42,482 nucleotides of DNA from Candidatus Brocadiia bacterium (lineage in GTDB: Bacteria > Planctomycetota > Brocadiia > SM23-32). The notes below the pieces were generated by a model that saw only the letters and a list, made by a program, of their open reading frames with translations, had not been told where the DNA came from and made no database searches. The first letter of the stretch is position 1; each line of letters starts with the position of its first letter. Location of the stretch: assembly GCA_046538485.1 (NCBI GenBank), contig JBKHIT010000042.1, positions 1 through 42,482 of the forward strand, given 5' to 3'. This document shows positions 19,820 through 29,318 of this stretch, in pieces. The position numbers and the translations under genes were made by a program.

Positions 19820-19933
19820 CACAGGCTGGAGAGCCTGTGCTACAGGCGTACTTGCGCCTGCATCTGCAAATCAAAGCCACAAAACCCATGTGGCACAGCC
19901 TCTCCAGGCTGTGAACCGGGTCGTTAGACCCGG
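19820..19933. repeat. REP-like palindrome pair plus accessory hairpin
   Basis: Reverse REP 19820-19843 identical to 8063-8086; forward REP 19890-19913 identical to 7952-7975; CCGGGTC-n4-GACCCGG hairpin follows both forward copies. Confidence 0.85.
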
Positions 19934-20024
19934 AGTCGTTGTCGTTTTTCCCCAACGGAATCTGCTGCATGCCGGACAATCGTATCAACATCGGTTCGTG
20001 CATGAACCGCCCGCGAAATTATGT

Positions 20025-20819
20025 TTATTTCCACAGACTCGTCTGACCTTCTCCGTCCAATTTGCGTCGAGCGATCTCAGCGTATTCCGCATCGACTTCA
20101 AACCCGACGAAGTCGCACCCCAATTCTACCGCGGCTACCCCTGTCGATCCGCTCCCCGCAAACGGGTCGACAACCAGAATCGCTCGGTCACCGATACCGT
20201 GGAGTCGGATACACATCTCAGCCAGTTTCTTCGGAAACACGGCGGGGTGTTCTTTGGCCGACTGCACAGTCCCGTACGGTATGAACCACATATTCCCTCG
20301 GTCCCGCAGATCCTGGCGGGCGTGTTCCCACCGGCCGATATTACTCTTGTCGGCATAGGGCACACCGATCGAGAGTTTGGCCAGTCTCACATCGCCATTC
20401 GAAGTAAAATGAAAAATATACTCGTGACAGTTATTGAGGTATCTCTCGCTATTAACCGGTTTATAATGACCGATATTGATCTCTTTCTCGGGCACGGCGA
20501 TCGATTTGACCCAGTGAATGGTGTTCTGCAGGCAAAAATGTTTCCTTATCCGCTTCGCAACCCGCAAAGAACGCAGTTCGTCGGAGGGACGATCGCCGAT
20601 GTTGAAAAAAAAGGACCCGCCTTCCTTCAAAACGCGCCGGCATGACGACGCAACCGTTTCCATCCAATCCAGATAATCCTCAAACGGCATATCGTCACGG
20701 TGCGTATGGTAATCTACGCCGATATTGTACGGAGGCGAGGTCACAATAACGTCAACAGAGCTCTCTTCGAGCCGCTCGCGCATCCCCTCAACACAATCTT
20801 CCTGGTAAATCTCTTTCAT
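20025..20819 (-). CDS. Site-specific DNA methyltransferase (N4/N6, beta class), apparently orphan
   Basis: VTSPPYN catalytic motif precedes HPAVFP and DPFAGSGSTG SAM-binding motif; no adjacent endonuclease ORF. Confidence 0.9.
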   Translation of the reverse strand: MKEIYQEDCVEGMRERLEESSVDVIVTSPPYNIGVDYHTHRDDMPFEDYLDWMETVASSCRRVLKEGGSFFFNIGDRPSDELRSLRVAKRIRKHFCLQNTIHWVKSIAVPEKEINIGHYKPVNSERYLNNCHEYIFHFTSNGDVRLAKLSIGVPYADKSNIGRWEHARQDLRDRGNMWFIPYGTVQSAKEHPAVFPKKLAEMCIRLHGIGDRAILVVDPFAGSGSTGVAAVELGCDFVGFEVDAEYAEIARRKLDGEGQTSLWK

Positions 20820-20868
20820 AAGCGGACAGATTCACCTCGAATGTGGGAAATAATCCCTCACAGACAGT

Positions 20869-22257
20869 TTACAGCCGGGGAGGCTCATAACCCTTGCGGC
20901 CCATGAGACCGTAGGTGTATTCCTTCCCCAGTTCCACGCCGGGCTGATTGAACGTATTGACGTTGTACAGGTATCCGCTATAAGTCACAGCGTATTCGAA
21001 AAACATGAACAACGCACCCAGGTCGGCGGCGTCCACGCGAGGGATGACGATCGAACAATTCGGACGGTGTTTATCGCGGAGCGCACAACGAGTGGCTGTC
21101 AGTTCGGCCTGGAAAAGACCATCGAAAGTATTGTCGGCCAAGTATTCCAGCTCTTCTTCGGGATTTCCTTCGCAAATGACCACAGACTCATCCGATTCGT
21201 CTTCGACTTCGACGAACGTAATGACCTTGTCGAAGGGCCCATCCTGGTAGAGCTGCATCACGCTGTGCTGGTCGGTCACTCCGACGGACGCAATCGGCGT
21301 GGGGCCGCGGAAGACATCTTTTTCGTCCAGACCGTCGCGTTTCCCCAGACTTTCCGCCCAGAGCTGACAATACCAATCGGCCAGCGCGCGCAGTTTGTGG
21401 CTGTAGGGCATGAGGACGCTCATCGGTTTGCCCTTCTGGTAGTTGGCATAGAGCAGGCAGGCGTAAAGAGCCGCCGGGTTATCGTAGAGGTTCGCCTCGC
21501 AGCATCGATCGTCCATCTCCGCTGCCCCATCAAGCATGGCATCGATATCCACACCGGCCACAGCAGAACTCATGAGCCCGACAGCACTCAGCACGCTGAA
21601 ACGTCCCCCCACGTTGTCGGGAATCGGAAGAGCAAAATAGCCGCCGTCGTTGGCGATTCGCCGCAGAAGACTCTTCTCCGGGTTCGGATCCGTGGTCAGG
21701 ATCATCTGCCGCGCAGGGTCACATCCGTCGGTGCGATCCAGCAGATCACGAAAATGCAGAAACTCGCTCATCGTCTCCGCGGTCGAGCCGGATTTCGTGA
21801 TGACATTGAAAGCTGTCTTCGGCAACTCATCAGCCAGCAGTTTTTCAATAGCCTGAATCCGGGCGGGATCGACGTTATCCACCACGAAAATCCGCGGCGC
21901 ACCTCCACGTGCGGGATGGTCGTCCGGGAGGAGGTTATGATGTGGATGGAGCAAAGCTGTATTGACGGTTATATTTCCAAGCGCGGACCCACCGATTCCG
22001 AGCACAACGAAGTTTTTGCACCAGGAATGCAATTCTTCGGCTTTGCCCTGAATGGTCTCGACAAGGTCATCATCGTAAGGTAGTTCCATGAACCCCACGT
22101 CCGCACCGCGTCTTTCCTGGATCTTCTCAGTTATTTGCTCGGTCCGGGGTGCGAGACGGTCGAATTCTTCCGAGGTGAGTCCGTGGTCGGTCCCGATGGC
22201 GTCCGCGAACATATTCTCGGAGTCGAGTTCCAGCTGGCTTTCTCGGTCCTTCATCAT
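20869..22257 (-). CDS. pgi: Glucose-6-phosphate isomerase
   Basis: VLGIGGSALG, KSGSTAET, VGGRFSVLS, QLWAESLGK, GVTDQHS and FNQPGVELGK motifs. Confidence 0.95.
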   Translation of the reverse strand: MMKDRESQLELDSENMFADAIGTDHGLTSEEFDRLAPRTEQITEKIQERRGADVGFMELPYDDDLVETIQGKAEELHSWCKNFVVLGIGGSALGNITVNTALLHPHHNLLPDDHPARGGAPRIFVVDNVDPARIQAIEKLLADELPKTAFNVITKSGSTAETMSEFLHFRDLLDRTDGCDPARQMILTTDPNPEKSLLRRIANDGGYFALPIPDNVGGRFSVLSAVGLMSSAVAGVDIDAMLDGAAEMDDRCCEANLYDNPAALYACLLYANYQKGKPMSVLMPYSHKLRALADWYCQLWAESLGKRDGLDEKDVFRGPTPIASVGVTDQHSVMQLYQDGPFDKVITFVEVEDESDESVVICEGNPEEELEYLADNTFDGLFQAELTATRCALRDKHRPNCSIVIPRVDAADLGALFMFFEYAVTYSGYLYNVNTFNQPGVELGKEYTYGLMGRKGYEPPRL

Positions 22258-22425
22258 GTGGCTCCAAAATCAGGAAATCAGAAGAGGTCGCGTGTGATTA
22301 TAGGTTCCCTCTATCGCCCCCGCAACCGTTGCGGAGGCAGTGACATTCAGGGTACCGAACGCCGAGCGGTATGCAGTTCCCCTTTTACCTCAACCTACGA
22401 AGCGCCCTCAAGAAAAATGTCCGAT

Positions 22426-22530
22426 GTCATTGCGACGCGTTCCGCTCGGCGGGGCGCCGCGGCAATCTCGCTGTTGGGCGAACAAAACCACGAGATTGCT
22501 TCGCCCATCTTGCGATGGACTCGCAATGAC
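22426..22530. repeat. Nested palindromic intergenic element (GTCATTGCGA...TCGCAATGAC type)
   Basis: Outer perfect inverted repeat 22426-22435/22521-22530; inner GCAATCTCG/CGAGATTGC at 22462-22470/22491-22499. Confidence 0.8.
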
Positions 22531-22673
22531 CCGTGTAGCTGAATTTTCACGGCAAACGCATAATGGGGCCGGCAATTATTGTTTTTGTTACGGGGATGGC
22601 TTCAGTATCAGGTACATTTGCGACTGGCATTTTCCGGGTCCTTCCATCCCCGCTTGCCCCATGACAAGAAAAA

Positions 22674-23102
22674 TCATCCGTTTTGCTTGACTCTGCGGGC
22701 CCGGGGCTCGCCGGCGCGTTTGGTGAGGATACGGTTGGCGAGCCAGGCGACCGCGAAGGCCACCACCAGCCCCCCTATCCCGCCGGCGACCGACATGCTG
22801 CCGATGCGTTCGCCGCCCTGGAGATTCTGCCCCACCGCTACCCCCACCATAAAGAGCGCAAGCGGCAGCAAAAACACCAGAACAATGCTCAGGAAAGGAT
22901 TCACCCGCGGGATGCGGACGTTGACTTTGTCACCCTCTTCCAGTTCGTCACGCGCGACCTCCACGCTTCGCTCGGGGCCGCCGGGAAAACTGGAACACGC
23001 GCAGCATCCCATACAATCCTCGGTGGGATCAGCGTCCAGCTTGACCTCTGCTTTATTCTCTTCGATTGAAACCACGGTTCCGGTTTCTTCAACGTAGTCC
23101 AT
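22674..23102 (-). CDS. RseC/MucC-family membrane protein
   Basis: EETGTVV N-terminus, CMGCCAC cluster, GDKVNV, FLLPL and two C-terminal TM helices. Confidence 0.8.
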   Translation of the reverse strand: MDYVEETGTVVSIEENKAEVKLDADPTEDCMGCCACSSFPGGPERSVEVARDELEEGDKVNVRIPRVNPFLSIVLVFLLPLALFMVGVAVGQNLQGGERIGSMSVAGGIGGLVVAFAVAWLANRILTKRAGEPRARRVKQNG

Positions 23103-23139
23103 TTTCAGACTCCAGATTTGATTGCGCTTTTCTATTTCT

Positions 23140-23168
23140 ATTGTACCCTTGCCCCATCATGTCTGCAA
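23140..23168 (-). promoter_or_regulatory. Sigma70-like promoter for the RseC-family gene
   Basis: Minus strand TTGCAG, 17 nt, TACAAT; GGAG RBS at 23110-23113. Confidence 0.55.
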
Positions 23169-23363
23169 AAAAGGTGGCAGGACAAGGAATCGCAATATTG
23201 GTTTCCGGGGACGGGATAGAAGCTTGAAACTTTCGAAGCTCCTTGGACGAAAGCTGGCTTTCAAACAAAGCGCTTGTACCGGCCAGCCGAGGATCCCGTT
23301 TCCTGATCTTGCCAGAAACCTAACAACCGCCGGGGCAAGCCACGCCCGAGGCGGACAAGCAGC

Positions 23364-24653
23364 TCATCCTGAATTCTGCGCTTTTCTCTGCAATCTGGGG
23401 CGCACCACTAGCAATAGCAACAGCACGATGGCGGCTGTAACTCTCGCCGCAAATGAAACGCGGAATACGGAATTGACTGGATTCAACCGCACAATCAACG
23501 TCCCAACTCCGGAACCCATCATCATTCCGATTGACACCGTGACAAAAATCAAAGAAAGCGGCATCGTTTTGTCAATCCCGGAAAGCCGACGGGCCAACTG
23601 CGGCAGACAGACGGTGTAACCGGCCGGAAATATACCGGCGACAAGCCATGCTATCGTAAGCGGCAGCATAGCAGATTGGGGCCGTGCTAAGTGATAGAAA
23701 AGCGGTATTGTCGCCCAGAATAAACACGACAAGCTCAGCACCAGCCCCGGATAGCGTGTATCGGCAAGACGTCCCCACAGGGGGAGGAAAAACAGCGTGC
23801 CCACCGCCGGAATCGCATACGCCATCGTCGTTGCCAGCAGAAAGTTACCCTCGAACCCCAACTCTTTCATCATATAAGGGATGCAAAATGGACTGGCGAT
23901 AAATATCGCGAAATACCAGAGTCCCACACCCAGAAGCAGGTTTCGGAAACGTCGGTTCAAAAACGCCGTTTTAAATTTCGTGGTCGTTTTAGCAGGCCGT
24001 GATTTACGTGGGGGTTCGGGAATGCGAACGTGAAACATGAGATCAACGATGCCCATCGTCAAAAAGAGCGCAAAAACCCCGCAGATTATCGGTAGCCGGC
24101 TCTCTGGAGCAGAAAAATGGATGGCCGCAGCGCCGCCGAGCGCAACCAGCGTGCGGAACAGCACAACCCAGAACGTTCGTTTTGCCGTAAAACGCCCGAA
24201 CGTATCCGACGGAATATAGTCCCACGTCCAGGACTGCCACAGGGGTGAAATCAAATATCCGATCCCCATCAATGTTCCAACGAGAACCATAATAATCCAT
24301 GGGCTGATGGGAACTAAAAATCCAAAAAGCAATGGGAGCAGCAACAACCGGGAACCGAGGGCAAGAACAAACCACGGGTATTTTCTCTGTCCGAATTTTT
24401 CTTCCACGCTGGCCGAAAACAACGATATGGGCATCAAAAACGCCACAATCGTGGAAAGAAGGCCAAATTGGTAGGCTTCCATGCCCATTTGGTGACAGTA
24501 TGCGGTGAAAAACACTCCTGTGGTCATGAAAGTCACGGACACGCTGCCCAGCACACCGGTCCAGATGTTGCGGCGGAGCATCCATGGTATTTCTTTTTCG
24601 CCCACCCGGCGCACCTTATAAACAGGGTGGCTGGGATGTAATGCGGAAGCCAT
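23364..24653 (-). CDS. MFS transporter
   Basis: About 12 hydrophobic segments with a central loop; WGRLADT motif-A-like segment; start uncertain (24653 or 24704). Confidence 0.8.
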   Translation of the reverse strand: MASALHPSHPVYKVRRVGEKEIPWMLRRNIWTGVLGSVSVTFMTTGVFFTAYCHQMGMEAYQFGLLSTIVAFLMPISLFSASVEEKFGQRKYPWFVLALGSRLLLLPLLFGFLVPISPWIIMVLVGTLMGIGYLISPLWQSWTWDYIPSDTFGRFTAKRTFWVVLFRTLVALGGAAAIHFSAPESRLPIICGVFALFLTMGIVDLMFHVRIPEPPRKSRPAKTTTKFKTAFLNRRFRNLLLGVGLWYFAIFIASPFCIPYMMKELGFEGNFLLATTMAYAIPAVGTLFFLPLWGRLADTRYPGLVLSLSCLFWATIPLFYHLARPQSAMLPLTIAWLVAGIFPAGYTVCLPQLARRLSGIDKTMPLSLIFVTVSIGMMMGSGVGTLIVRLNPVNSVFRVSFAARVTAAIVLLLLLVVRPRLQRKAQNSG

Positions 24654-24894
24654 CTGAACAACCTTCCTGAAACACAAGTCAGAAAAACCGGGCTCAAAAT
24701 TCAACGTTCAAATGCAGGCGGCCCGGCGTAACGGGTTTCCCCAAATGAAATGATCCGAGCGGCAGGAAATCCGCTCGGAGGGTTGAGACCCGGCTCTCTC
24801 CAGTTAATCAGCGCGAAAGAAGCACGCCAACGAAGCACGTACTATACCCCAGCTTTGCCCCACTTGCCAGCCCAAAAACAATTTTTGCAAGAAA

Positions 24895-27165
24895 TTATCC
24901 TGTTAGCGCGAAAAGAACGACTTTCAGCATCAGTTCCGAAGCGCTCGGTTCGAGAACTGACGGACATGTAAAACACGGGTGCCCGGCGACTGCCGAGCTG
25001 AGGTCATAACGGCTATATACGACCACCGATCGCCCTTCGAGTTCTATATATTCAAGGTAGGGGCTTTCTAACGCCGGGTTTTTGCGCTCGACAACCGGGC
25101 TGTAGTTCACCTTTTCCAGCTTGCGACCGAGCTTCCACAACGGGTGACCTTCCGGTAAACGCTGAAGCTCCTGCTGCGGAAAAATATCTTTCATTAGTTG
25201 TCGAAAAGCCCTGTCAAATTTCGCGCTTCCACAGGCAGCTTCGGCGAAAACAAAACCTCCGCGTTCCACGTAGCGTCGGATTTTCTTCCTGGTCGCTTCG
25301 GATAGATTCGGGTCTTTGGTGCCGATTATGTTCAGAAAATGGGCCTGAAAAAGGCTGTCTTCCTCGGGATTTAGCGCAACGGGTTCACTGAACAACCCGA
25401 CTCCGGCTTCTTTATTCGCTTTGGTCAATATGAAAGGCCAAACCTTTTCATGGGGTTTCCAGTTCCCCTCGTGGACGAGTTGCCCGAGGACGAAGGCTCC
25501 CTTAAGTTCTCCCGCCTCATGCCGCTGAGGAGGAGTACGGACTGGCTCTTCCCATTGTGACATTTTTCCTTTTAATTTTTTCATACCTGTGGCGTAAGCG
25601 AGTATATTGATGCCAAGTTTAAAATCCGGTGAAGAAGTTCTGCCCAGGTCCCACGAACAGGTAACACCACCAGGGATATAGAGAACAGACATCGAGCATG
25701 GTCCCCGTACAGCTTCCAGCGGAGGACGCTGATCAGCCGGCAATTTATAATGGTAAGTGTAAACAGGATGGTTCGACGCCAGTTTTTGAAAACGCTCTCC
25801 AGGAAGATGTTCCGTCACAAATTTGCGAAACGATTGATCGAACCGTCTGTCTCCTTCATTATCATCGACGAGCACGAACCCTCCGCCTCGAATATAGGCT
25901 TTGAGATTTTTTCTTTCTTTTGGATTCAGTCCGAATTTGCGTCGTCCACTGATATAGAGAATAGGAGCAGAGCTGATATGATCCAAAGGCGCATCAAGTG
26001 GCATTATCTGCCAGGTTAGGCGTTGATCGAGCAAATGGCCGAATTCTTCGGTCAGCATTTTTGCGTCATACCGGTATGGCTCCCAAATACCATTCCATTT
26101 TGCTTTATGGACAAGAACCGGAGAGTTGCCTTTCGCAAGGAAAAGCAATGCGAAACATCTTCGAAGTAGTGGCCATTCGCTGGCGCTACGATTGCTTATT
26201 GCACCGGGATGTCGAACAAGGTATTGCACGCCTCTTAGGTACCAATCATTCCCCCCCATGTATCGGCGCGCACTGATCACACCAGCTCTTTCCAGGCCAT
26301 AAAGATAATAAAAGTCCCAGATCCGCCGCCCGGGGTTCTCTTTAATACTAAAATTCTTGCCGAGCCAGCTCAGCCCCGCTTCAACTCTGTCATCGCTGAT
26401 ATAACGGCCGCATTTCCCTTTGCTGGTATGCAGACGCACCCCACAAATATAGAGACTCGCCGCACCAGCCACGGTCATGCTTCCGTATGAATTGCCGCCC
26501 GCGTGGGTGTAGCCCCAACCGCCATCTTTATTTTGACCGGCTGCAAAATACTTCCAAGCCCGTTGCCAGACAGCGTCCGGCACCTTAACTCCACTGCGGG
26601 CCGCAGAACGCAATCCCAGTATAGCAAACTGGGAATTCGAGTTATCTCCACGCCGTTGCTGGCCTTCTCCGTAGGACCAGCCCCCGTTGTTAAGCTGACA
26701 CCGAATCAAATAGTCGGCGGCGCGTTTGATGCTATCACGATATTTCTTTGGATCAACGGTCTCAAGAGCCATAGCTTTCAAAGCGGCCTCATAAACCGAT
26801 GGGGATGGTGTTTCTACAAGCTGGCGCACGCCCTTTGAAACGGCCCGGTCATCTGTGTTCAAACCGGCTGATGCGAGAGCCAGCACCCCCAATGCTGTCT
26901 CGCCAAGTTCCCAGCGAGCTGCGCCCCATGGGGAGTTCCCTCCCCAACGACCATCCTCCGCCTGGTCAGATTTGATCTTGCGGACTAACTCATCCATTCG
27001 CTTTTGCAACTCTCGAGCCGTGACCTGCTTCCGGCCCGCCATGACGAATCCGTTCGGGACAAAAAACAGTCCGAAAAAAAGCAGAAAGAATAGAGAACAA
27101 AATTTTCCCGGGGATTGACGAAAGTGACGCGCCCTGGAAGGATAGTCTTTTCGCCGACCAGCCAT
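24895..27165 (-). CDS. Prenyltransferase/squalene-oxidase-repeat protein fused to two DUF4159-like domains
   Basis: Q.xxGGW.Y repeats (QAEDGRW, QLNNGGWSY, QNKDGGWGY), DNSNSQFA, YYLYGLERAG; two YxxxGGFV...F + LPxxHP modules; N-terminal TM/signal; GGAGG RBS before ATG 27165. Confidence 0.8.
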   Translation of the reverse strand: MAGRRKDYPSRARHFRQSPGKFCSLFFLLFFGLFFVPNGFVMAGRKQVTARELQKRMDELVRKIKSDQAEDGRWGGNSPWGAARWELGETALGVLALASAGLNTDDRAVSKGVRQLVETPSPSVYEAALKAMALETVDPKKYRDSIKRAADYLIRCQLNNGGWSYGEGQQRRGDNSNSQFAILGLRSAARSGVKVPDAVWQRAWKYFAAGQNKDGGWGYTHAGGNSYGSMTVAGAASLYICGVRLHTSKGKCGRYISDDRVEAGLSWLGKNFSIKENPGRRIWDFYYLYGLERAGVISARRYMGGNDWYLRGVQYLVRHPGAISNRSASEWPLLRRCFALLFLAKGNSPVLVHKAKWNGIWEPYRYDAKMLTEEFGHLLDQRLTWQIMPLDAPLDHISSAPILYISGRRKFGLNPKERKNLKAYIRGGGFVLVDDNEGDRRFDQSFRKFVTEHLPGERFQKLASNHPVYTYHYKLPADQRPPLEAVRGPCSMSVLYIPGGVTCSWDLGRTSSPDFKLGINILAYATGMKKLKGKMSQWEEPVRTPPQRHEAGELKGAFVLGQLVHEGNWKPHEKVWPFILTKANKEAGVGLFSEPVALNPEEDSLFQAHFLNIIGTKDPNLSEATRKKIRRYVERGGFVFAEAACGSAKFDRAFRQLMKDIFPQQELQRLPEGHPLWKLGRKLEKVNYSPVVERKNPALESPYLEYIELEGRSVVVYSRYDLSSAVAGHPCFTCPSVLEPSASELMLKVVLFALTG

Positions 27166-27169
27166 CAGC

Positions 27170-27919
27170 TTAATCCTCCTCTCCACTTTTTTGGCTTTTT
27201 CCCAAAAGAAATCTTTTGATCTTTTTATACGGTTGGCTCAGAAAATTGCCAAAACGCACAACGCGTGGCTTATCGCGGGCGTGGGCGATTTCCTCACCGC
27301 TCAACAAATCGGGCCGCACGCGGCGAAAATGTTTCATCGCATGATAACGATCGGCTTCCTGCAATAGATTTCGTATGAAACGTGCAACGGTCGTATTTCC
27401 CAGAAGCCTATCGGGGATCCAATAAGCCACCTGGAAATCAATCAAATACGGTCGGCCATCCTCGCCAACAAGGACATTCCGGGCTTTCTCCAAATCGACA
27501 TAGGCGATTCCCCGGTCGTGCAGACTCTCAAGCAGGTCCAGAAATCGCGGGAAAAACCGATCATCCACCTTACTATCTCTGTGCAGCGGATGCCCGGGTA
27601 CAAAATCGTGGGCGACGCTTCCAGGAACCGGCTGTCCGCGCAACCGGGGAACCCCCTTCAGATCATCACAACGGGTCATAATGGTGGCTTCGTACCATGC
27701 CATTAGTTTTCCCAACTCGCCAAGAGGCAGCCCAAAAAAGGATTTCTGACGGTGGAACTTCACGACAATACGATCATCGCCACATCGATAAAGCCCCACA
27801 GCGGCTGCAAATGAGTGTTTGAATTCTTGTTCAAGCTCGTATCGGTGGCCATCCAGTTCGAGAGAACCAGGGAGGTTTGTTGTCCCCAGAGCCCTGAACT
27901 GTGCTTTGAACCACCTCAT
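27170..27919 (-). CDS. Protein-kinase-like (RIO/Kdo-like) domain protein
   Basis: IVVK Lys, YE helix Glu, GVPRL, catalytic loop GIAYVDLEKARNVLV and LIDFQ metal-binding motif. Confidence 0.72.
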   Translation of the reverse strand: MRWFKAQFRALGTTNLPGSLELDGHRYELEQEFKHSFAAAVGLYRCGDDRIVVKFHRQKSFFGLPLGELGKLMAWYEATIMTRCDDLKGVPRLRGQPVPGSVAHDFVPGHPLHRDSKVDDRFFPRFLDLLESLHDRGIAYVDLEKARNVLVGEDGRPYLIDFQVAYWIPDRLLGNTTVARFIRNLLQEADRYHAMKHFRRVRPDLLSGEEIAHARDKPRVVRFGNFLSQPYKKIKRFLLGKSQKSGEED

Positions 27920-28108
27920 ACGGATCCTTTCCTGACAAACAGCGCTCGCAAGCTCATTTCCAGAACGTATTGCGCGTTCATACTCTGCCCTCCATTATAA
28001 ACGCCGGTCCCTGAAGGAAAAAAGGAAGTTCACGCTTGAAGGTCAGGCCAGCACCGGTAAGATATGTGCCTCGCACTCCAAACTTTGTTACGGACTCGAC
28101 ATCTAACA

Positions 28109-29026
28109 GTGACAACTGTAATCCAGATCCTATACGTCCTCATTCCGATTCTGATGGGCCTTGCCTTTCGGCTTGCAAAAGTATTCGGCGACGAAGAGGC
28201 CGAAGTCCTACGAAGTTTCGTCGTTCGCCTTTGCGTTCCGATTCTCGTTTTTTTCACGATGTTTGAAGCCGAACGCGAATCTGTCGGATCGCTCCCCACA
28301 ATGATGCTCGCTTTCGTTCTGGTAGGTATTGGCCTATTTACCCTGGGCTGGTTGTGCAGCAAATCTGTTGAGGGTATTGGCAGAAAAACGGCAGTGCATG
28401 CCTCTACCACTTTTGGAAATTACGGATGGATGGGATTCGGGGTCTGCGAAGTGTTGCTCGGGCAAGCAGGGTTGCAACAGGCAATTTTTTTCATCGTGCT
28501 CTGGTGGCCGGTTTTCTATACTCTCGGTGTCCCGATCGGACTCATCCACGCCCGCAGGAATAAAAAAGGCGTACCGCTGGTAAAAGCCATTAAAGTCGCT
28601 TCACCTGTCATTGGAATGATGCTTTTGGGCCTGATATTCAATTTTTGCGGGGTCAAAATTCCCGACTTGATTCGGGGGAGCCTTAAACCATTTGAAAAAA
28701 TGACAGTCCCTCTGATCCTGTTCAGTGTCGGCACAATGCTCGATTTCAGTCGTATTCATCGTGACTTTCTCCCTTCCCTGCTTGTCTCCGCTGCCACCCT
28801 TGTTGGAGGTGCTCTTATAGGTTGGGGCGTCGCCGAAATCCTCAATCCGGATGGCATTTCTTACAATGTCATCATCCTGGAAGCCGCCATGCCCGTGGCC
28901 ACGCTTACTCCAATTCTCGCAGAAAACTACAAGATGAACACAGAAACCGTCGGCACCTGCATCGTCGTCAGCACGGTACTATCTCTGGTTTCACTCCCAA
29001 TATTGGCTATCATTTTAGGACTCTGA
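28109..29026 (+). CDS. AEC (auxin efflux carrier) family transporter
   Basis: P.LVF, FGNYGWMG, PLILFSVG, AAMPVA and STVLSLVSLP motifs, about 10 TMs; start may be 28064. Confidence 0.88.
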   Translation: MTTVIQILYVLIPILMGLAFRLAKVFGDEEAEVLRSFVVRLCVPILVFFTMFEAERESVGSLPTMMLAFVLVGIGLFTLGWLCSKSVEGIGRKTAVHASTTFGNYGWMGFGVCEVLLGQAGLQQAIFFIVLWWPVFYTLGVPIGLIHARRNKKGVPLVKAIKVASPVIGMMLLGLIFNFCGVKIPDLIRGSLKPFEKMTVPLILFSVGTMLDFSRIHRDFLPSLLVSAATLVGGALIGWGVAEILNPDGISYNVIILEAAMPVATLTPILAENYKMNTETVGTCIVVSTVLSLVSLPILAIILGL

Positions 29027-29152
29027 GTGGGTTTCGGGGACGGGATAGGATGCCGTGAGTGCATTGAGATGGTCTGGATGCAAGCCGGCTTTCAAAAACG
29101 ACGCCGGTGTCTTGGGCACAGATCCCGTCATCTGATAGACCATGAGCAATAT

Positions 29153-29211
29153 TTGTCCGCCTCAAGCCCCCCTTCGCCCGCCGTTCGGCGGACTCAGCTG
29201 AACTCGAGTCT
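29153..29211 (+). repeat. Two-module repeat, copy 4 (module B; possible decayed module A at ~29066-29100)
   Basis: TTGTCCGCCTCAAG...TTCGCCCGCCGTTCGGCGGACTCAGCTGAACTCGAGTCT matches 13477-13534. Confidence 0.8.
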
Positions 29212-29318
29212 GCAGAGTCAGCAGCACCGGCAGGCTCATCTCGGTCCGACGTAGAGCGGCGAGACTTCCAGCTCTCGGCTATCCCGCGAACCCGCAAGGT
29301 GCAAAACGTTTAGTTCTG

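Noticed and set aside
19201..20020. tmRNA (ssrA) expected near smpB
   Set aside because: No tRNA-like ends or tag reading frame found on either strand; the region is explained by repeats
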